Shown here: positions 6,975-12,574 of the stretch, piece after piece
Layout of the letters: every line of letters starts with the position of its first letter
Numbering within the stretch: position 1 is the first letter of the stretch
NCBI GenBank assembly: GCA_965369865.1
Contig: CBDURU010000106.1
Span: 1-12,574 of the forward strand
Direction of reading: 5' to 3'
Length of the DNA stretch: 12,574 nt
Source: an uncultured bacterium
GTDB lineage: Bacteria; JAJVIF01; JAPKYR01
Program-made: the position numbers and the translations under genes
The notes under the pieces: model-generated
What the model was told of the DNA's origin: nothing
Databases searched by the model: none
What the model saw: the letters and a program-made list of their open reading frames with translations, nothing else

Positions 6975-9215
6975 ATGATTACTTCAGTCATCCGATTCCT
7001 GGTGACAATGGTTCTTTCATCTTTTATGCTTTTTGCATGTGTACCCAAAGGGCCACCCCCCCCACCGCCACCCGCGGATTCTCTTTTATTGAAAACCCCA
7101 TATATCGGGACTGAAACGGAATTAAGGGAACAACCCCCCGAAACCACCCGTGTTGAAACCGGCAATGTTTCGGTCGAAGGATGGATGAGTCCGCCGGAAA
7201 AAATCTTAAGATTCCCGGTTGAGCTTCGGGAAGCCCCACACTTATCATTTCGTTTTAATTGTCAAACCACGACACCAGTCAGGATTGGCGATCTGATTTT
7301 CCGCGTTGATTATGCGCCGGAAACATATCCATCCGAAACAGGTGAAATTCCGGCTGAACCGATCGTACTTTTCGAGACAACACCTGTCCAGACTCCCAGG
7401 TGTTTCGATGAATGGATACTCCAGGATGTCGACCTCACTGAACATGCACCTGGCAGAGGGGAATTAAGGTTTATCCTCGATGGACCGCTTGCCGGTGATC
7501 CGGGTATAGATTTTTTCTGGGGAGAGCCGCTTATTTATCATCCCCTTGAAGCCAGGCATAAGAATATTTTATTAATTGGTGTCGACACCCTGCGTCGCGA
7601 TGCCTTGTCCGTGTATGGGGCATCACCCATCGTAACCCCGAACCTTGTAACATTCGCGGAAAAATCCACAACATTCATGCAGGCAAGATCCCAGGGACCA
7701 TGGACGCTGCCATCGTTCGCGAGCATGATCACGGGGAAGCTTCCGTCCAAAATCAACTCGATGTCATTCACCGGCCACCTTCCCGAACGACCCGATACAA
7801 TAGGCGAGATCCTCTTGAAAAATGGTTACGCGACTTATACAATCTGCTCGAATCCGTGGCTTGGTTACCCGGAGTCCGGATTTCACCAGGGAATGGAGGA
7901 GTTCTGGTTCAGTTTCGATGCATCCGCTGGTGACTCGGTGGATCGGGCGATTGATTTCATCAACCGGACTCAGGACCAGGACTGGTTCATTTTCCTTCAT
8001 TTCATGGACCCGCACATCCCTTATAATCCCCGTGGTGAATTCCGGGACCTGCTTCTCGATCCACTTATTGAGGGGCCGTACACGGAAAAATTTGATGAAA
8101 TTGAGTTATGGAAATCGGGCGAGATCGTGCCACCTCCGGAATATATCGAGCAGGTGAGAAACCTGTATCTCGGGGAGGTCGCCTATGTCGACGCGATGCT
8201 TGCCAATCTCTACAAAGAACTTGAGGAACTTGAATTACTGGAGGAAACACTTATTATCTTTTCCTCTGACCATGGCGAGGAATTTTTCGAGCATGGGGGA
8301 TTCGATCACGGGCACACGCAGTATGATGAACTCGTGCATATGCCTCTTATCGTTATGGGGGAAGGATTTCCCGCTGGAAGCACAATAGAGACAAATGTCG
8401 GGAATACCGACATCATGCCGACCATCCTCCGGTATATCGGGCTTGATATCCCTTCAGACATGGTTGGGGTTCCGCTGCAGGATGTGGTCGCGGGTAAAGT
8501 CGATAATTCGAGGATAATTTTCGGCGAGGATAATACCCGTGGAACTTTGAGAAAATTCGGTGTTGAATGGCCGTATAAGTGTATTGTTGATTGGGTCACA
8601 TCCGAAACGCTTCTCTTTAACCTTGAAAATGATCCTGAGGAACAAGTTGATATCAGCCTCGCGAATGCTGAGCTTGTGAACCGGTTGAAGTCTGAGATAA
8701 TTATCAACATGCTCCCGACTCAATCGGCATTTTATATCTGGATCACTCGAAGCCAGGATGATGTTGAGAAAATATACTCAGGGTCACTCACGGTTCCCGA
8801 CGGTCTCGATGATGTGAAACTTTTCGGACTTAGTGATGAGGACACCTGGTCGCTTGACGGAAACACCCTGACATTTACTATAAAATCCGCATCACAGGCA
8901 CTGGGACCATCAAAAAATATCGCGATTATTCCTTCTATAGGTTCGGAAACACTGACAGCATCGGTCGAGGTGAATGGCGAATTCCGTCCGGACTTATTCT
9001 ATCCCTTTGGAGACAGGACTCAAGCTGAATCGAGTGAGGTTACGGTCACGTTTGATGACTATCCACTTGGAATGAACCTGCCGTACTCCCGTGATGTTGA
9101 TTTCGAAGGATTCTATATCTGGGGCGTTCGCGGGTCCCATCAGGAGGAAAACAGGGTAGAATTAGGTGAGGAAACAAAAGCCCAGTTGAGGGCAATTGGA
9201 TATACCGATCGGTAA
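6975..9215 (+). CDS. Sulfatase-like hydrolase/transferase, predicted lipoprotein, paralog 3
   Basis: Motifs LLIGVDTLR, TPNL, WTLPSFASMITG (Thr at 7704), MDPHIPY, SDHGEEF, DIMPTIL, LFNLENDPEE and C-terminal LRAIGY. Lipobox LFA-C (7038) followed by a poly-Pro linker. The start is ATG 6975 or ATG 6948; the track start 6840 overlaps paralog 2 by about 100 nt and is unlikely. Confidence 0.88.
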   Translation: MITSVIRFLVTMVLSSFMLFACVPKGPPPPPPPADSLLLKTPYIGTETELREQPPETTRVETGNVSVEGWMSPPEKILRFPVELREAPHLSFRFNCQTTTPVRIGDLIFRVDYAPETYPSETGEIPAEPIVLFETTPVQTPRCFDEWILQDVDLTEHAPGRGELRFILDGPLAGDPGIDFFWGEPLIYHPLEARHKNILLIGVDTLRRDALSVYGASPIVTPNLVTFAEKSTTFMQARSQGPWTLPSFASMITGKLPSKINSMSFTGHLPERPDTIGEILLKNGYATYTICSNPWLGYPESGFHQGMEEFWFSFDASAGDSVDRAIDFINRTQDQDWFIFLHFMDPHIPYNPRGEFRDLLLDPLIEGPYTEKFDEIELWKSGEIVPPPEYIEQVRNLYLGEVAYVDAMLANLYKELEELELLEETLIIFSSDHGEEFFEHGGFDHGHTQYDELVHMPLIVMGEGFPAGSTIETNVGNTDIMPTILRYIGLDIPSDMVGVPLQDVVAGKVDNSRIIFGEDNTRGTLRKFGVEWPYKCIVDWVTSETLLFNLENDPEEQVDISLANAELVNRLKSEIIINMLPTQSAFYIWITRSQDDVEKIYSGSLTVPDGLDDVKLFGLSDEDTWSLDGNTLTFTIKSASQALGPSKNIAIIPSIGSETLTASVEVNGEFRPDLFYPFGDRTQAESSEVTVTFDDYPLGMNLPYSRDVDFEGFYIWGVRGSHQEENRVELGEETKAQLRAIGYTDR

Positions 9216-9231
9216 GGACTGTCAAAACAAC

Positions 9232-11493
9232 ATGTTTCGATTCTGGAAAATTCTGGGATACACTGTAATTGTTTCTCTGACCATTATAATTTTGTCGTGC
9301 CCCGGTACTGAAAACGCCGGATATGAGGGTCCATCCGCTGTTTCACTTCTTAATGTTACACCGTACTTTGGTGATGAATTTGACATTCGATCTCCGGCTC
9401 CCGAAACATCGAGAATGATAATTGATCGGGAATCGGTCGAGGGCTGGGCTGTGCCTGAAGAAGGTGTCCTTAGATTTCCCGTTAAGATAGAAAAAGACGC
9501 GATATTTTCTTTAAGGCTCGGAATCACGGGAGATTTCGATGCGATCCACGGGAATTTAAATTTCATAGTCGATTACCGCGTGTTTGTCCGGCAGTCTGAA
9601 GATGTGAACTCATACATCTCCCATAACCTGTTTGAAACCAGTCTCGAAGACGAACCATTATTAATGGAGCACTGGACAATCGCGGAAACTCGGCTGGATC
9701 AGTGGAGCGGTACGGAAGGCGAAATTGTTCTGATCGTGGAGGGTGATCTTTCCAATCATCCCGACCTGGATGTTCTCTGGGGTTCACCATCTCTTTATTA
9801 TCCGGAACGAAAGCCATATAAAAACATTTTACTCATTGGTGTCGATACGCTCCGCGCGGACATGTTATCGGTTTACGGTGGACCCGGAGACCTCACCCCT
9901 GCCCTTGAGGAATTCGCGGGAACATCGACGACATTTTTGCAGAACCGCTCTCAAAGCCCGTGGACGCTCCCATCATTCGCAAGCATGGTTACGGGTGGGT
10001 TGCCATCCCGGATCGGCGCGACAATGCTATCGTGGCACCTTCCGGACAGGGCGACATCTGTCGCGGAAATTCTCAGAGAAAATGGATATGCAACCGGTAT
10101 GGTGTGCTCGAACGCGTACCTTGGGCACGAGAGCTCGGGATTCCAGCAGGGGATGGATAGTTTCTGGTATGAGTATAATGCTCCCGCCGGGGAATCGATT
10201 CAGCGCGCGCAGGATTTTATAAACCGTTCGGATGGTCGGGACTGGTTCTGTTTCCTGCATTTCGAGGACCCTCATACTCCATATACACCGCGGCCTGAAT
10301 TCCGTGACCGGTGGTGCGACCCGGATTATGAAGGCGAATTCATCGAAGAATTCACAAACGACTCCGATTGGAAATTCTCCCTGGTTAAACCACCGGAAGA
10401 TGACATAGAGCAGGTCCGTAATCTCCACATGGCCGAAATCGCGTATCTCGACTCGCAACTGGGTGAGTTATTCAGTTACCTTGAAGAAAATAGAATGATG
10501 GACGATACGCTGATCATTTTTTCATCCGATCATGGCGAGGAATTCTATGAGCATGATGGTTTCGAGCACGGTCACACGCTTTACGATGAACAGGTCAGGA
10601 CGCCATTGATTATCAGGGGGGAAGGATTTCCGGAAGGTGAGGAAATTGAGGATTCAGTCGGCAATACTGACATCGTGCCGACAATTCTTGAATGGATCGG
10701 TCTGCCGGTTCCGGAAAACCTTGAGGGCGTTCCCCTGCAGGAAGTCATCTCAGGTGAGATTGAAAATGACAGGATAATTTTCGGGGAGGACTGCATTAGG
10801 GGGACGCAGCGAAAATATGGGCTGGAATGGCCGTACAAGTGCATTTTCGATTACGAAACGCACAGTTACAGGCTTTATGATCTTGAGAGAGACCCCGGCG
10901 AACTGGAGGACAGAACCGATTTATGGCCTGAAGTCGCAGGAAGGCTTGCGAATGAAATTGTGCTGAAAATGCTTCCGGAAAAGAGCACGTACAATGTGTG
11001 GTTCATGGGTAGTGCGCTGGATGAATCGGGGAATTTTGTGGAAGAGCCGCATGTTTTCAGCGGGACTTTAGAGGTGTCAGGTGGAATCGATAATGTCCAG
11101 GCGTTTGCGTTGTCGGGAGACGATGCGTGGAGTGTCGAGGGGGATACGGTTTCATTTTCGATAACGAACGCCGATCCGAACGCGAGGGTGGACAAGCATT
11201 TTATTATTGTTCCCACTGAAATCACCGCTTCGCTTGAAATTGATTTTCTTGTTGATGGAGAAGTGCGTCCGGATAAGCTTTTCCCGTATGGAACCAATGT
11301 GCCTGCTGAGAGTAATTCAATGTCGGTAGATCTGACTGATTTCGCGCTGGCAGCGACCATCCCGACAGGCGAGGATGCATTTTCGGGAGCGATGTATGTA
11401 TGGGGTATACAGGGATTCGGAGAAGGAATCGATCGGGCGGAGATGGATCCTGAAACGCTGGCGATTTTAGAGTCGCTGGGTTATATACATTAG
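9232..11493 (+). CDS. Sulfatase-like hydrolase/transferase, predicted lipoprotein, paralog 4
   Basis: Motifs LLIGVDTLRAD, WTLPSFASMVTG (Thr at 9964), EDPHTPY, SDHGEEF, DIVPTIL, LYDLERDPGE and C-terminal LESLGY. ATG 9232 has AAGGA upstream overlapping the previous stop and gives a 22-aa signal with lipobox ILS-C (9298). Confidence 0.9.
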   Translation: MFRFWKILGYTVIVSLTIIILSCPGTENAGYEGPSAVSLLNVTPYFGDEFDIRSPAPETSRMIIDRESVEGWAVPEEGVLRFPVKIEKDAIFSLRLGITGDFDAIHGNLNFIVDYRVFVRQSEDVNSYISHNLFETSLEDEPLLMEHWTIAETRLDQWSGTEGEIVLIVEGDLSNHPDLDVLWGSPSLYYPERKPYKNILLIGVDTLRADMLSVYGGPGDLTPALEEFAGTSTTFLQNRSQSPWTLPSFASMVTGGLPSRIGATMLSWHLPDRATSVAEILRENGYATGMVCSNAYLGHESSGFQQGMDSFWYEYNAPAGESIQRAQDFINRSDGRDWFCFLHFEDPHTPYTPRPEFRDRWCDPDYEGEFIEEFTNDSDWKFSLVKPPEDDIEQVRNLHMAEIAYLDSQLGELFSYLEENRMMDDTLIIFSSDHGEEFYEHDGFEHGHTLYDEQVRTPLIIRGEGFPEGEEIEDSVGNTDIVPTILEWIGLPVPENLEGVPLQEVISGEIENDRIIFGEDCIRGTQRKYGLEWPYKCIFDYETHSYRLYDLERDPGELEDRTDLWPEVAGRLANEIVLKMLPEKSTYNVWFMGSALDESGNFVEEPHVFSGTLEVSGGIDNVQAFALSGDDAWSVEGDTVSFSITNADPNARVDKHFIIVPTEITASLEIDFLVDGEVRPDKLFPYGTNVPAESNSMSVDLTDFALAATIPTGEDAFSGAMYVWGIQGFGEGIDRAEMDPETLAILESLGYIH

Positions 11494-11518
11494 ACAGAAT
11501 AAAGAAAAAAGGGGTTAA

Positions 11519-12574
11519 TTACCAGCAGCCGTCCGGGAAGTATTTGACCAGGAATACGTCCTGGTATCCGTTTGAAGTATGTGCATCCGGATCTTCGTTG
11601 CAGGGCGGGTCGGTTGGAGCGAAATCGACTGTGTCCATGAAATAGCCAGTAACGTAGACATTCCCGGAGCCATCAGCGGTAACTCCCCAGCCCTCATCCC
11701 AGACTGATCCACCCCAAGTCCGCGCCCAAACGAAGTTACCCGACGAATCGAAATTGCTCAGAAAGACGTCGTAAGAAGCATTCGATGTGTGGGGATCGCT
11801 GCCGTCGGGGTCGAATTCCACTGTGCCCTCGAAATGGCCTGTAGCGTAGACATTCTCAGAACCGTCAGCGGCAACTCCACGGCCTCGATCATAGCCTGAC
11901 CCACCCCAGGTCCGCGCCCACTCGAAGTTACCCGATGGACCGAACTTGCTCAGAAAGGCATCCCAGGCACCATTCGATGTGTGAGGATCGCCTCCGCCTG
12001 GGTCGAAATCGGCTGTGTCCACGAAAAAACCTGTAACGTAGACATTCCCAGGACCGTCAGCGGCAACTCCCCAGCCCTCTTCCCATTCTGATCCACCCCA
12101 GGTCCGTGCCCATTCGAAGTTACCCGACGAATCGAACTTGCTCAGGAAAACATCCAAATCACCATTCGAGGTTTGAGCATCCCCGTCGTCGGGGTCGAAA
12201 TAGGCTGTGCCCTCGAAAAAACCTGTAACGTAGACTTTCCCGGAGCCGTCAGCGGCAACTCCACAGCCACCATCTTCATATAATCCACCCCAGGTCCGTG
12301 CCCATTCGAAGTTACCCGATGGATCGAACTTGCTCAGGAATACATCGAAAGCCCCGTTCGATGCGTGCGGATCACCGCCGTCGGGGTCGAAATCAACTGT
12401 ACCCCCCCAGAACTCGCCAGTGACGTAGACATTCTCGAAGCCATCAGTGGCAACTCCAAAGCCATGATCCGGAGCTGATCCACCCCAGGTCCGCACCCAC
12501 TCGAAGTTACCCGATGAATCGAACTTGCTCAGGAAGATATCATCAGCAACTGTGCCCCTGAAGTAGCCTGTAAC
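11519..12574 (-). CDS. SBBP-type (beta-propeller) repeat protein, C-terminal part; 5' end lies outside the window
   Basis: Repeated unit D.G.GVAADGSGNVYVTG.F.GTVDFDP...D.HTSNG..DVFLSKFDSSGNFEWARTWGG. The frame stays open from 12496 to the window edge (VTGYFRGTVADDIFLSKFDSSGNFEWVRTWGG), so the track's GTG start at 12496 is internal. Ends KYFPDGCW-stop. Confidence 0.88.
   Translation of the reverse strand, partial: VTGYFRGTVADDIFLSKFDSSGNFEWVRTWGGSAPDHGFGVATDGFENVYVTGEFWGGTVDFDPDGGDPHASNGAFDVFLSKFDPSGNFEWARTWGGLYEDGGCGVAADGSGKVYVTGFFEGTAYFDPDDGDAQTSNGDLDVFLSKFDSSGNFEWARTWGGSEWEEGWGVAADGPGNVYVTGFFVDTADFDPGGGDPHTSNGAWDAFLSKFGPSGNFEWARTWGGSGYDRGRGVAADGSENVYATGHFEGTVEFDPDGSDPHTSNASYDVFLSNFDSSGNFVWARTWGGSVWDEGWGVTADGSGNVYVTGYFMDTVDFAPTDPPCNEDPDAHTSNGYQDVFLVKYFPDGCW
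11540..12574 (-). repeat. Intragenic tandem repeat, period about 192 bp (64 codons), five full units plus a partial one
   Basis: The anchor GAACTTGCTCAG and its variants recur at 11540, 11750, 11942, 12134, 12326 and 12521 (spacings 210, 192, 192, 192, 195; all multiples of 3). Confidence 0.95.

Noticed and set aside
2409..11493. Annotation as classical formylglycine-dependent arylsulfatases or choline sulfatase (betC/atsA)
   Set aside because: No C/SxPxR and no GKWH in any copy, and no maturase gene in the window, so no gene symbol was given.
15..11712. Numerous short antisense and alternate-frame ORFs (60-177 aa)
   Set aside because: All overlap well-supported CDSs largely or entirely and show no recognisable motifs; they are shadow ORFs.
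11540..12574. Diversity-generating retroelement VR/TR pair or CRISPR array
   Set aside because: The repeats are in-frame protein units. Variable codons differ at all three positions (TGG, GAG, CCG, CGA) rather than in an adenine-only pattern, and there is no reverse transcriptase, cas gene or repeat-spacer structure in the window.

Overview
A 12.6 kb bacterial window that is almost entirely coding. On the + strand it carries a small Smr-domain protein with an unusual C-terminal transmembrane hairpin (33-509) and a pseudo-receiver/GAF-like/GGDEF diguanylate cyclase (583-2130). A ~280 bp intergenic region follows, containing a GTAG-type REP doublet (perfect 24-bp inverted repeat plus an internal 15-bp tandem duplication). 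Next is a tightly packed array of four paralogous ~750-aa predicted lipoproteins of the alkaline phosphatase/sulfatase superfamily (2409-11493). All four replace the formylglycine motif C/SxPxR with TxPSF, lack the GKWH motif and end in an L-x-x-[LI]-GY tail, so they are unlikely to be classical sulfatases. On the - strand is the 3' part of a convergent SBBP-type beta-propeller repeat protein, open past the window edge, built from ~192-bp DNA repeats with a conserved scaffold and hypervariable positions. The best candidate for an undescribed system is the four-gene Thr-nucleophile lipoprotein array, possibly a cell-envelope modifying or phospho-ester processing module. All family assignments come from motif recognition by eye; no database search was run.
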